The position numbers and the translations under genes are program-made. From Gnetum montanum (lineage: Eukaryota > Plantae > Gnetophyta): DNA of 64,000 bases. Below the pieces are notes generated by a model. It saw nothing but the letters and a program-made list of their open reading frames with translations, had not been told where the DNA came from and searched no databases. This document shows, one piece after another, positions 24,160-37,039 of the stretch (positions are counted from its first letter, which is position 1; each line of letters opens with the position of its first letter). The stretch lies in NCBI GenBank assembly GCA_015680685.1, contig MNCI01002105.1, positions 1 through 64,000 on the forward strand. The letters are read 5' to 3'.

Positions 24160-25671
24160 TGATGGTTTGAATGGTACATTGAGAGGTTCACGGTTCACAT
24201 AGCTTGACCTAACGTTCATGTGAGGGCCTGCTGGAGGTAGAGACAAAGTGCCTAGAATGGTCTTCTTGATTGGATTGGGACATATGAGATGTGATGCCAA
24301 AATGTTGTTAAGTATTTGCACGATTTTTGCAGCATCTATGATGTCAATGGGGGTGAGCATAGTCAAGGATTTCCCACAAAAAAAAGGTGTCAACATGTAG
24401 TTACATGAAAAAATAGCAAAAAATATGAGTAAATGTCAAAATGTGAATAAAAATTCTGAAAAATATGCAAGGAGAGAGTAAGAGAGAAAGTGAAAACACC
24501 CCAAACGAGGAGAGCATAGTTAACTACAAGAAAGGTAATGAAGTATGTGATGTATAAATAGGTGCAGTAGGTAGTGCACTCACAGTCTTAGGGTGTCTAG
24601 GTTATGGAGATTGATGTCCACCATGGTATCTATGCCTACCAGTTTGGCTATCATGGTGTCTCATGGGTTGCAGTGGTCTACGGTGTCCTGGGTGGTATGT
24701 AAAGCTGCTTGCCGATACTCTACCTTGAACTTACTCTTACACAATGAAATGTCAAAATGCCAATAGATGCTTAGATTTTCCAATGGAATGCAAAAATTAC
24801 TAACCCCTAAAACATAGAGCACTTGGGTATTTATAGGGTTAGGATTGCTATGAATTGTAGATCAAGCACCACATGGCAGAGGGGTAGTGGAGACTACGGT
24901 GTACCCAACTACTTTCCCACTAAAGAAATTGGTGTTCTACTAGTGTGCTCCAATGGATCCTACGAGATTTCCAAACTGTGACTACACTACCAAACTGCAT
25001 GTACAAATGCTAAACAAACTGCAATGCACTTGAAAATACTACATAATGGTGTAAGTTTGAAGACTACACTCTGGGACTATACTATCCAATCTCTCAAGTG
25101 GTGTCAATAATAGGTACAATTTTTGGACAAATGGGGGATGCAAAAGAAATGTATGTTGTTGATCTTGCTTTTTGGAGGAGTGTTAGAGTTAAGATGAAGG
25201 CTGCTGTTGCATTCTAGAGGCTTTTGAAGGTTGTTCTACATGACTACATTGACTATGCTCTGAAGCATAGTCCCAATAGGTAGATAAATTTTGCAAAACA
25301 TGAGCTTTAGCACTAACTACATTGACTACACTTTAGAGCATAGTAAGGAGCATAGTCACAACAGTTGGAAATGTTTCCAAACTATTTCTTCCATGCCAAG
25401 CAAGCTTGAAAGCTTTTGGCTTGACACTTGGGAAAGTTTGTAAAATTGGCCATTTGTGTGTTGACTATACTCTAGAGCTTAGTCCCAATAGTGAGAGTGT
25501 AGTTCAATGCTTAGAAAAATTTGTAGCTACTATTGACACTTAGAAAAATGTTGCAAATCTAGACTTGTGTTGTAGCTTATGCTAACTATGCTTTGGAGCA
25601 TAGACCCAACAATGGAGAGCATAGAAAAATTTGTAGTCAAGATGTGGTGGCCCAAATTTGGTGGTGTTTCA
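24160..25671 (-). repeat. 3' LTR of element D
   Basis: Minus strand starts TGAAACACCACC and ends ...ACCATCA. Reverse-complement homolog of 37040-38682. Confidence 0.82.
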
Positions 25672-26194
25672 TTGGCCCCTCTTTGTTAATGTCTAGAGGA
25701 GTGGCCCAAGAGATATCAACAAGGAATGATAAAACACCACAGAAAGCCCAACATCAACATCACTTGTTAATACCTAATTGAATGTTATTGCACCATGCTT
25801 AAGAGTGCTAAGGATTGCAGTATGGCAGAGGTAAATGATGTAGGTAAAGCACTAAGGATTGTAGGGGAGGTGAAATGCAAACAGTGTATCATACTACAAG
25901 ATGTGTAGTTAGCACAGTTGACAAGGATCAAGGTACCAGGGTGGCTTACCACCAAAATGGTGACCTCTCATTAGAATGCTTATGAGAGAGTCAATGTCCA
26001 TGGCACTAGTATGGCTTGCCCTCCAAATTATGACCTCTCATTAGAGTGCTTATGAGAGAGTTAGTGTGGATTCATGGTTGGACCTATTGCAAAATTGCAA
26101 CTCTACTAATTTTTGCTTGGGGACATGTTTTGCCCCATTCTCCCTTCTTTCTTTTTCTTCATCCTGCAAGCATAACTTAGGGAAGATAATAAAA

Positions 26195-26335
26195 TATGAT
26201 GGTTTGTGCTAGTTTATAGTCATAGTAGATTAGAGGTTTGGATGCTAGTTTAATGTCATAGCGAACAAGTGTTGTGCTAGTTTAATATCATAGTGGACAA
26301 GTGCTATGCAAGTTTATAGTCGTAGTAAACTTATG
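26195..26335 (-). repeat. Degenerate tandem array (about 30-40 bp units, core TAAACTAGCA) in D's 3' UTR
   Basis: Repeated GTGCTAGTTTA(T/A)..TCATAG on the + strand. Equivalent arrays in G and E. Confidence 0.75.
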
Positions 26336-26369
26336 CTTACCTTGCTTCATTGAGATGTTGTGCTACATA

Positions 26370-29300
26370 CTAGGTGTAGTAAGGCTTCAAGTACAAATGG
26401 TTGACTAGATTGGCAAACTCAATCTTCAAGTACAAATGGTTGACTAGATTGGAAAACTCATTGTAGTCTTCATTAGCAAGCTTGAATGCTCCATTTTCAT
26501 GGGCCTTAATGATCAAAAAAGACCCTTCCTAGTTGGCTAAGAATTTTTTCGTGGGTTCATGAATGACCCTGAGCACTAGGTCCCCTTTCTTAATTGGGCA
26601 TTGGTGTTGATTGTGATGGTGCTTCTACCTTTGCTTTTCTTGGTACCACTCGATGCAATCAAGCATCTACATGTGCTCCTCCTCAATCAAATCAAGATCC
26701 ATAATTCTTAACTCATTATTCTAGGCCTCATCAATGAAGTTCGAGAGGATCACACTAAGTGATAAAACCTACAATTCAAGAGGAAAAATTGCTTTATGCC
26801 CCATAAACAAGGCTATATGGCATCTTACTTCTTGCTATTCTACGTGTCGTGTGGTAGGCCCAAACTATGTAGACTAATTATTCGTTCCATCACCATTTGT
26901 TGCTAGTGAGCATCTTCTTTAGAAGGTTGATGATGACTTTGTTTATTGCCTCTACTTGGCCATTCAACTACATGTAGTATGGCAACAAAAAGGAATGTTT
27001 AATACTGAAGCATTCATAGAAAACCTTGGTTTTAACACTGTTAAACTATGGTCCGTTGTCTGTTACAATGGTCATGGATAAAGCAAAATGGGTCACTATG
27101 TTGTCAAACACAAATTTCCAATCCTGCTGCAATGTTGCCTTCCTAAAGAGAATAGCCTCAACCCACTTGGTAAAATACTCAATCATGATTATAATGAAGT
27201 TATGCCCTATGGAGGACTTGGGCATTATAAGTCCAATGATGTCTAACCCCCAATGTTGGAACAACCATGTGATCTGTGTCATGTGTAGTTTAGTTGGTGG
27301 CACGTGCATTAACTTGCCATACCATTGACAGATATCACACATCTTAACCTTGGAGACACAATCGTGCTCCATGCAAGGCCAATAGTAGCCTAAGCATCTA
27401 ATTTTCACCACCATTGCCCTAGGTGCTATGTGGCCTTTGCATAGTCCCTTATGAACTTGTTCAATGATCATTTGTGCTTCGCTATTGCAAATCTAGGTTA
27501 ATAGTATGCCATCATAGGATCTACGACATAGTGTGTTATCTACCACGATGATGTACTGGCATGATTGTTTATGCACTGCATCCTTTTGGGCAATGGTTAG
27601 ATGCTAGGAAGGTTCACCTTGTTGAAGGTATTCCTTAATGTCATCATACCATTCTACTATGGGGGTCATGCCAACTGTGGCTATGGGTGCAATGTTAGCG
27701 GTTTGCATGATAGGCATAGGGAAATAAACATTGAGGTGGGCAATGCATCAAAAATTTTAGGTGCAATGCTTAAGGCTAGTATTGCTAAGGCATTAGCTAT
27801 GGCATTTTCATTCCTAGGGATATATTGGACATCAATGGTTACAAACTATTTAAGCAAGTTCTTCATTAGGTTACAATAAGGTTGTAAATGTTAAGCTTTA
27901 CAAGTGTAGGCCTCTATAACTAGGTTAATCACTAACTACCAATCACCTTATATTGCTATGTTTTAAATTCCTAAGTCACAAGATGCAAGGATACCTTTGA
28001 GGAGACTTTCATACTCAACGACATTGTTAGTGCAAGGAAATGTAAAATGATATGCAAAGGGTCAGATCTCCCTAGAGGGGAACATGATAATTGTAGCAGC
28101 ACTATCCTCTTGAGAGGCTAAAGAACCATCAAAGTGCAAGAGTGCCTCAAAGTTTTTAGGCACTTGATTGATGCTATTGACATGCTCATTCAGGAATTCC
28201 AGATCTATTATTGCTTGATCATTAATGGGAAAATCTGTGAGTTTTGTAGCTATAGCTTGACCTTTAGTTGAGGCTTGCACCACATAGTGTAGGTCAAACT
28301 CTACTGTTATTACCCTCCACCATGCAATACAACTATTCTCGTAAATGTTCATTGTAATCACTCAAAGTACATTACTCTTGCAAATGATGTTGACTTGACT
28401 ACGAAAAAGATAGTGCCTCCACTTCTTAAGTGCAAAGACTAAGGCAAGGCAATTCTTTTTCACATTGTTATAGTTTGATTTGTGGGCAACCAATGTGTGG
28501 CTCAACTAGTGAACCAAGACCTTTATGCCATCATCCCACTTTTGACAAAGAAAAGAAGCAATGGATGTGTCAAAGGTAGCAAGGTAGATCTAGAAGGATT
28601 TATTGCCTTGTGGAGGATAGATCGTTGGAAGTTAAGCTAGTTCCTATTTAAGGCTGTTAAATGCCTCTTGGCATTGAACTGTCCACTCAAAGTGAATCCC
28701 CTTTTTGAGCAAATGTTGCATTGGTTGTGACTTATTGATCAACCTTATGATAAACCTACATATAAATTGCAATCTACCCTTTACCCCTCATAGCTCATTA
28801 AGGTTAGCCAGTGGTGCTAAGTTGATTATGACCTTAACCTTATCAGGATCTACCTGTACGCTTGCTTCAGATACTATAAAATCAAGCATCTGCCTTGTCT
28901 TAACACCGAAAACACATTTCTTAGGGTTTAACCTAAGATCGTGTTTTAGAAAAAATTTGAGTACTAGGTCTAAGTCATCTGCATGGTTGTGAGATACCTT
29001 GGATTTAATTACTATGGCATCAATGTAATTATTGAGCAAACCTAACATGTAGTTACTAAAGATGTACATCATTACCCACTAATAAGTTGCTCCTAAATTC
29101 TTAAGTCCAAACAGCATCATAGTGTAACAAAACGTACCCTAAGGGGTCATAATGGTTGTGCTGAGATGATGTTCTAGGTTGATCTGAATCTAGTTATAGC
29201 CCAAGAGCCCATCCATGAAGGATAACAAAGCATGACTAGCCATGGTATCGACCAGTCAATTAATACTAGAAAATGGTAAATCGTCTTTAATGGTTGCCTT

Positions 29301-29892
29301 ATTTAGGTATTTGAAGTCTATGAAAATATGTATACTTCCATTTTTCTTGGGTACAACCATGATGTTCAAGACCCATTCTACATAGTCAACAACCTAGATG
29401 AAACCATCTTTGTAGAGCTTGGTCATTTCATCATAGATTTCCAATGCCACCTCAAGCTGAACCTTAGGTGCTTTTTGCTTGATTGGCTTAACACAAGGAT
29501 AAAGGATGATGTTATGTTGAACTACATGAGGATCTAGGCCTAGCATCTCTTTGTAAGACCACACGAATGTCTATATATTATCGTTGAGCACTTTAGTGAT
29601 GTTCTAGGCATGTTGAGGCTTTAACAAGGAACTAAGTTTCACTGCTTTTGGCTCGTCACTAGGTGTTGCTACAAGGATTTCAATGAGGGGATCCTCAATG
29701 ATGTCACCTATCTCTAGATCTAGAGCCTTAACTAGATGGTCCAAACCAATCTAGCAGTGCGTCTACAGATATTATATATTCATCATAGGTTGTCGACTTA
29801 AGGTCTAGGCATTGCAGATCAATTCATCATGTGAAATCACCATGGGGCCCAGTGAGGACCAAAGGTGAGTGAAGATACTCGTACGTAGTCAT
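26370..29892 (-). pseudogene. pol: Degenerate pol of D: RT-RH-aRH-INT (no protease in this segment)
   Basis: NNYIDAIVIKS and LRLNPKKCVFGV (RT), KGQAIAT.L (RH end), LHFDGS, TNNVVEYE (archaeal-type RNase H), HKGLCKGH..GYYWP..C..C, WGLDIIG, IVTDNGP (INT). Confidence 0.9.
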
Positions 29893-29912
29893 GTTGTATT
29901 CCAAAAAAGGTC

Positions 29913-32900
29913 CTACAAAATAACTAGAAAAACATCAAGCGACACCTATCTCAATGAAGTCGATATGCACAAAATGAAGGAAAGCAATGCAATAAACATT
30001 CACCTAAGTATGCACATGTAACATTAAAAAACGTAAGCTCATTGATGCTAATTTTAGGCCTTAGTAGGCCATGTGGAGTGTTAGTTTAAGGTCTTAGCAA
30101 ACCGTAGGGTGCCATTTTAAGGTCTTAGCAAACTGTGGATGTGCAAAATGTGTTAGTTTAAGCAAGGCTAGATGTATGTAGAAATGTGGAATCAGCCTAG
30201 GCGCTCATTGGGCAATGAGAAAAATTTAAAATTTTTCTAAGTCTAAGGGAAACTAGAAAAATCATAAATTTTTCTAAGTCTGACTAACTAAGCTTCTACC
30301 CAACAATGCTCCCGCCCAACTATGCTCTACACTATGTAAATGAAATTGACCATAGTCCCAGGGTTGGTAAATCATTAAGTGGTCCTGAGGGGTATAAAAG
30401 CACATTTCACCTTGGGTAAGTTCATAATTTTCAAAGTTAAAAAATGCAAAGTTTCAGAGTGTAGACTTGCTATTGGAGCATGCTGCTTGTGAAGAGTGTA
30501 GTTGTTACCAAGATAACTCACTGAAGTGAATGCCTACATCCTAGACTGACTAACATGGACAAGGAAGAATGGGCACTAGGTTGCCTGCTGTGGGCACATG
30601 TGGAGGAACAGAGGGCATCACCATCTACCAAGTACCCCCAACTATGCTTTCCTCTTTTTACCATTTTTCTTTGTTGTTTTTTTTGTCTGAACTTGGGATT
30701 TATGGGAGTGGACATTGATGGCCTACAATGGTAGGGGTCATTGCCATCATTGACCATTTCAACCACAGTAGTAGGGAAGACATGCATTGGGAAAGATTTG
30801 CATTGAAATGAGGGTTTTGGTTGTGGAAATTGGTTTTTTCATGATTTCTAGTAGGCAAAAGTCTTATGGAGGCTACAGCTACAAAAATGGTCAATGTGGC
30901 CATAGGGGAGGGCCATAGGCCTGTGTAAGGTTTATTGGCAAAATGTTTTTTCGATTTCGACTTTCTATGATGCAGGGCATGGATTGGGGTTTGGTGGTAG
31001 TACCAACCATAGCCCACAAGGTAGGGACGCAATGAAGGGTTCTATAAAAAATTTTATTTTTACTAATTTTTTAGAATTGTTTTCCTATGCAGGGAAAGGA
31101 TGAGGTTGCTAGCAATGAATAAGGTAGCCCATCGTAGGGTAGGGGCATGGCAGGGGTTTGCCCTATGGTTTTTTCTTTACTTTTAAAGAAAAAATGCACA
31201 AGGGTTAGATGTGATGGGGTGTGGGTGCCATGAGGTAACTATACTCCAAAACATGATGGTGAGGGTAGGGGCATCATGCCCTATAGCATGGCTATGAAGC
31301 TATAAGGGCTAAGTGGATGTATGGCACCCAAGGGCTCATTTCTGCTTCCTTCATTTTTTATATGGCATGGGGGTGTTGTCATGGCCATGGCCAAAAGGAT
31401 TGTGGACATGGTAGACATTAAGCATGTTGGGCATGGTGAAAGTGGTGATGGGTGGTACCATGATAGGACGTAATGCCTAGAAGGGTAGGGGGTGATGCAT
31501 AGAGAGAGCGTTGGGGTGGTGACCAAACCTCAATTCTCACTGGCTACGACCAAGACTATGCTCCCATCTCGGAGGCACAATCGACACCAAGTGTTCATCA
31601 AGATGGTCTATCCAACAGTTATTTTTTTTAAGAGTGTAGTCAGGAGTTAGAATTTTTGGTAGTCTAGGACTATGCTCTACAGTTTTCCAAAGCATAGTTA
31701 GGGTGATCTAGAGTTAGAAAAATAATTGCTCCTTTTTTGAACTACCCTCTCAGAGGTAACTCAAAGTTAGAAAAAATTTGCAAATTTTTGAACTATGCTA
31801 TTTGAAGTTAAAAAAATTTGGAAAATTTTATAAATTGTACTTAATGCAATAATGCTAATAGTGCAACAAGGTAACAATATAAAATGCAACAATGCCAACA
31901 AGGTGAAAAACCTACAACAATGCATAACATACAAACCACAACAATGTTAAATTTTCCAAAAACATACAAACTATAGTAATGCTAACTGTATGAAATCATG
32001 CAAAATAAAATGCTAACGCTATGCAAAACATGTTGTACCCGAGTATTAGGTGCATCAAATGTACTTTCTAATGTCCTATACCCATGGGGCCCTAGGAGGC
32101 CCTAAGATATATTTTTTTTTTGTTAGTCTATGCTATGTTATACTAATTTTTCTAAGTTTAATTTTTAAATATTTTGTCAAAAATTGTATCCAATGTATTT
32201 ATACTAATGCTTCGTCTATTACTTTTGTGATTGTAGGGTGCTATTGAAGCCCATCCTAGTCATCATGGAGCTTGTTGGCATTCGTCGTTGCATGAGCAAG
32301 CTTATTCCCAACATACCTTCACTAGATATGCATGTAGGTCATCAAGTAGTGTGCTTCTGGCTAGGGGCACATGAGTTCCTAGAGTTCCTACTCCAACACT
32401 TTAGTTTGATAATGTGGTCACACTTACACTATAGAGATAGACTATGCTAGGTACTGGTCGACCATCTAGGGCAAGAATGAAGTCACCTGAGAGATTATTG
32501 AGTAATGGTTATAGATGGATCTGCTCACCCAAAAGAACCAAGACTGAAAAAATTATAGTACAAGGAGGGGGAAGACCTAAAAAAACCACAAACACCACTA
32601 CAAGCATGAAGAAAACATGTACCTTATGTTGTACAATGAGGAATCCATCAAACATCACTACCTTGAGATGTTCCGTAAGGCATTTAGTAGGAAATGGGCC
32701 TACAAATTGTTTGCTCATCACAACATGGTGAGTGGGTCTCTGAAGAGGTAGATTGTCACACCCTTAAGAGAGGCTTCACCTGCTACGTTTTCCATGGAGC
32801 CACCTGCATGGACCATTGTGGACAAAGGCAAGACCCTTTCAAGGATTGACTTTGGCCAAGAGGACTAGACATGACTATTTGAGGCCAAAATCCTCCAACA

Positions 32901-33832
32901 CCTAGAGGAGGACCTTGATAATTTACCTCCAAACATGATTGATGTAGAACCCTCTTAGGTTAGTTTTTTGTGTTGTTTTTATGCTTTTCATGTGTTTTTC
33001 CTATTGTACATTTTCTTAATGGTTTACTATTTTTTTTGTTGTTGTAGCAAGTACCAAGTGATGCTGCAAGCCCCAGTAGTAAGGTGGGGGAAGAGGGGCA
33101 TCCACCCCCACCTAGTACCATTGATTGAGCATGTTCTAATGTAGCCCTACTATTGGGCATTTCTGCATTTTTCTTGTATTGTTTGCTACATGGTTTTGAT
33201 GCTCATGCTATGTAAAGTTATTGATGTAAGATGTAATGAACATTTTGCTATATGGAGTGTATGGCTTTTGTGATTATTTTCTATGTGTTTGCCATGCTAA
33301 TGTTGTAATGGATTGATGTGCTAAGTTATGACTTGTGCGATGGTTATGATTGTGCAATGATAATGTTACTAGGTCATCACGAGCCCAATGCTAGTTTAAG
33401 GCCATTTCGAGCTATGTATTGGTAGTTTAAGGCCATTCCAGACCCTAGTGGTAGGTTAAGGCCATCTCAAGCTATGTGTTGAAAGTAAAAGTGTCACCAT
33501 TTTTAGGCCATGGTAGGTTGTAGTGCTAGTTTAAGGCCTTTTCGGGCCATGTAATGTAAGGGATATTGCCAGTATGAGGTTGTGGTGGGCACGTATTTTT
33601 GTAGTTTTAGTTTTATGATTTTTATGTATTTTAATTTTTTCATGCATAAGCTAATAACTGATAAAAAGTAAACTAAACAAGCAAGGATATAAACTAAGCA
33701 AAAATGCACAAAAAAGAGAAATAAATGCATAATAAAGAAAAAAATGCAAAATGCAAACAACCAAGCTAAATGTAAATGCATAAATAAAATGCAAGCAAGT
33801 GGGGTATGTAGAAGTGAGGGATAGGTGGGCAC
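29913..33832 (-). other. Predicted 3.9-kb Ogre-type intron between protease and RT in D
   Basis: Donor CTAG/GTGCCC (phase 1 of the gag-PR frame) and acceptor TTTTGTAG/GA. Splicing gives ...CAT GCA CTA G|GA CCT TTT TTG GAA TAC AAC ATG, in frame with pol. Both ends are U-rich. Confidence 0.65.
30393..33140 (+). pseudogene. Antisense intron-containing accessory gene inside D's PR-RT intron (partly deleted relative to E)
   Basis: TATAAAA at 30393. Splice-like sites TTGTAG/G (about 32238), AG/GTTAGT (about 32959), TTGTAG/C (about 33047). 32430-33130 is homologous to the reverse complement of 43490-44200. Confidence 0.55.
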
Positions 33833-36830
33833 CTAGTGCATGTTGAACTAAGGGAATGCTCTAGTCATTCAACTACTTCCTAACCTGGCTTAACTTAGGG
33901 GGTGGGTAGGGCCTGGATGGTACTTTGCGGTACTCACCTTGACCTTCATCAACTATGTTGAAGGGTAATTCTACCCAAAAAGCATCCTCTGAGAGGTCGT
34001 TAGGTCCCTTTGGCTCTTTGGGTTGGTCTGCCTCACATGTTTCATCCATGTCCTTTATGAAAGGTGTGTCATCAGGGAACTCCACCTCTGACCCTCATTC
34101 TTTGTCTATATTGTTGATGGCCAAAGAGGTTGCATTGTCACCATAAATGATAACCTCATCACCTTTCTATGGAAGGTTGATTTCTTAGTGAATAGGAGAG
34201 AAGATGGCCCATAGTTGGGCCAACCAAGGCCTACCTAAGATTAGGTTGAAGCCTAGCATCTCCTCAATGACGATGAACTCTACAATGATGGGGAATTATT
34301 CCCTTGCCATGAATGCTATCATGATCATTTCCCATACGACAATGCATGATCCATTGAAGGACTTTAGGCATGTTATCCTCATGGGTTTAATTTGATCGAT
34401 AAGACCTAGCTTGTCAATGATGGTATATGGGATGACATTCATTATCAACCCATCATCGACATGCACCCTGAAGATTCTACATTGCCCAACATGAATGGTG
34501 ATAAGCATTAGCATAGTAATGACCTTACCCTTCTCAAGGTCAACCTTGATCGCCTCATCATGTAATGCCAGGGGCATTGAACTTAATTTCTATGGTGTAG
34601 GGGAAAACGTCACAGCATGGATGGATTGTTTATCTACTAGGATGTCCTCTGTAACAAGGATGGAGGTTAACATGTGGACCAATGCTTTGCAATGGGTGGA
34701 GGAGGGCATGAATAGGTCGTATAGACTTAACATTGTGTTTTTTTTCTTTCAAGCCTATTTCACCTAGCCCAATGCATCTAAGAAATATTTTCTACTATTT
34801 TCCTTTTTTGCCTTCACCTTCTTCATGCAACCCAAGAGATGAATCTCTTGTGAAGGAGATTTAGGCTTAGCTTGTCTTGCTTGTATAGGAGCCAAAGTGC
34901 TCAGTTGCTAGTTGCTTTTGGTGGCCTCCATGGTTGATTTGGCCATGGGGATGAAGGACAAGGGGACTGGCTTTGGTGGTCCTAGTTCTATTTACTCTTG
35001 GTGTTGCCTAAGCATTTTTTTCACAAGGCACTTGTTAGGCCTCCTGGGTTACCACCTAGACATTTTACCAGCGTTGCCCACAAGATGATCCCTTGGACGT
35101 GTAGGGGTTGATGCATGGTCCATCATTAGACTCTAACTAGGTAAGGAGGCCTTACATTATGACATCCTAACAATAAAGGATGACTAGGCTATTGCTATTG
35201 TAATGTGTTGCAAGATCCTAACCATAAAGAATGTTGTGGGTGCTCGAGGTGATGCTTTGATAACAAAAGGGATCCTTGAACTAGTGGACGTTAGGGGGGC
35301 CCTAGCATTACCAGAGGGCACATGAACCATGAATGGTTCCTATGCCAATTCTAAGTTGTCATCAATGTTGATAATTTTGATAGTATGGACCTTGCACTGC
35401 TCATGTTCAAAAGATCCTTGTAGACCCTCATCGATTGGTTTTGGGGGCAAACAGGGTTGATGGCATCAAGAACTAGCTCGCCCTGATCAATCATGCATTA
35501 GATGTCATCTTGTAGAGCCATGCAGAAGTTTGTACCATGTCCAAGAAATTGATGATAGTGGCAAAATTGATCTAGCCTAAAATGTTAAGGGACTACAGGC
35601 CCATTTGGTGATGCAGCTAAGGGATTCCTGAGGAGTTTTCCATATTAGTCATGCTTGTTATGAGCCTCCTTGGACATTTTCTTGTACTAAATTCTTCCAA
35701 CCTTAAGTAGTTGTTCGAAGAGTTCTGATAGCTTGAGTGGAAATGGTATGTACTTTGAGTGGTCCTTGTGCTCAAAGTTTGGCCTTGGGGCAACTTACCC
35801 TGCAGCCACCAATGTTGCAAGCTAGTTGATTATCGTAGTGCTAGGGCTGGGAGCCTTGTTGTTGGCTAGGGCCTTGGGTAGCTTGGCCATTGGTTTAGCA
35901 TTGGTTGGCTTGGCCCCATTGGCCACTATTGCCATAGTTGTTTCTTGTTTTCGCTCATCCTTGTCCTTTTTGACATGCAAATTCTTATAGGCCATGTAGC
36001 TTGAGTTCTTGCTGGCCTCCACTACATCCTGAATGCTCTTTGTTTGAGCAAATGCTTAGCTTAAGGATTATAGGACTAGGTAATATAGCTTTGACTTAAT
36101 AAAGTTATTCATTGCACCCTTGAAAATTGCCAATAGGTGCATTTCGATAATGGGCTGATGGATTTTTCTAAGCAATACGCTCTAGTGTTGTATAAATTTT
36201 TGCATGGGCTCAAAGTGGCCCTACTTAATCTACATTAGCTAGTCCAGGTTCACCTCGAGCTTCAAGTTATAACTTGAAGAACATGAAAAATCGGCTAAGC
36301 AAATCTTCCAAATAGGAAATGGAGGCCTTGGGAACCACATGGTACCAATCCAGTGCCTTACCAATCAAGGACATGGCAAACACATGGATAATGGCATGTG
36401 GTCATGCTTGCAATAGAAGGCATTCAAAATAAAATATTACTAGGTCTACATTAGGATCCTCTTCACTATTGTATATGGTGAATTTGGGGAGTGGAACCCC
36501 AGTAGGCAATGTGAGTGGTGGAATCACAATACTAATCACATTATCTTGGCAGAAATCCATCACATGTACCATTTCTAAGGAGGCAACCTGAAGCCACTTG
36601 ACCTTCTCTATCAAAGTGTGGATGAGCTAGAATGCTTGATCTAAGCTCAAGGAGGTTGCAGTGGGTTGCATCGATTGTGCTACCCACTATGCTACTTACA
36701 TGGCCCACAACCTAGTTGTAGGTTGTGAGACCATACGTGATGCTTGTTGTGTGGGCTGTGCCATGGGCATGACGATTGAGGCCCACCATGCATTTGTTGG
36801 TTGGGTCACTGTGAAGGGGACTAACTTTAG
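33833..36830 (-). pseudogene. gag: Degenerate gag-protease of D
   Basis: PTGVPLPKFTIYNSEEDPNVDL (gag), FCHYHQFLGHGTNFC (C-x2-H-x4-H-x4-C knuckle typical of Tat/Ogre), RVHVDDGLIMNVIPY and FNLILGRPWL (aspartic protease). Confidence 0.88.
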
Positions 36831-37039
36831 AAGCTACTAAACATGGCTAAATTTGGGACTACACTCACTACCCTAAGAGCCAACTACACTCTATACGTTG
36901 AGAGCTAGCTACTCTCCTAGGTGCCCAAAGTTTGACTTAGTGTAAGATGTATGTTCTAGGGTTTGTCAAGCAGGGTTCCAAGGGAACTGACAATGGGATC
37001 CAGTTTACACTAGCTCATTTGTAGACAACTTCTACACTA

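Larger units (their letters stand above)
24160..37039 (-). mobile_element. Tat/Ogre-like element D (3' LTR, pol, intron with antisense gene, gag-PR, part of the 5' leader); 5' LTR displaced by insertion of E
   Basis: 3' LTR 24160-25671 preceded on the minus strand by PPT AAAGAGGGGCCAA. RT-RH-aRH-INT at 29892-26370, gag-PR at about 36830-33833. Confidence 0.88.

Noticed and set aside
27780-28150. Second (archaeal-type) RNase H as a novelty
   Set aside because: This is an established hallmark of Tat-clade elements, so I used it only for classification.
37035-37039. CACTA next to an element boundary
   Set aside because: This is the presumed 5-bp target site of E. No CACTA-type TIR or transposase was seen.
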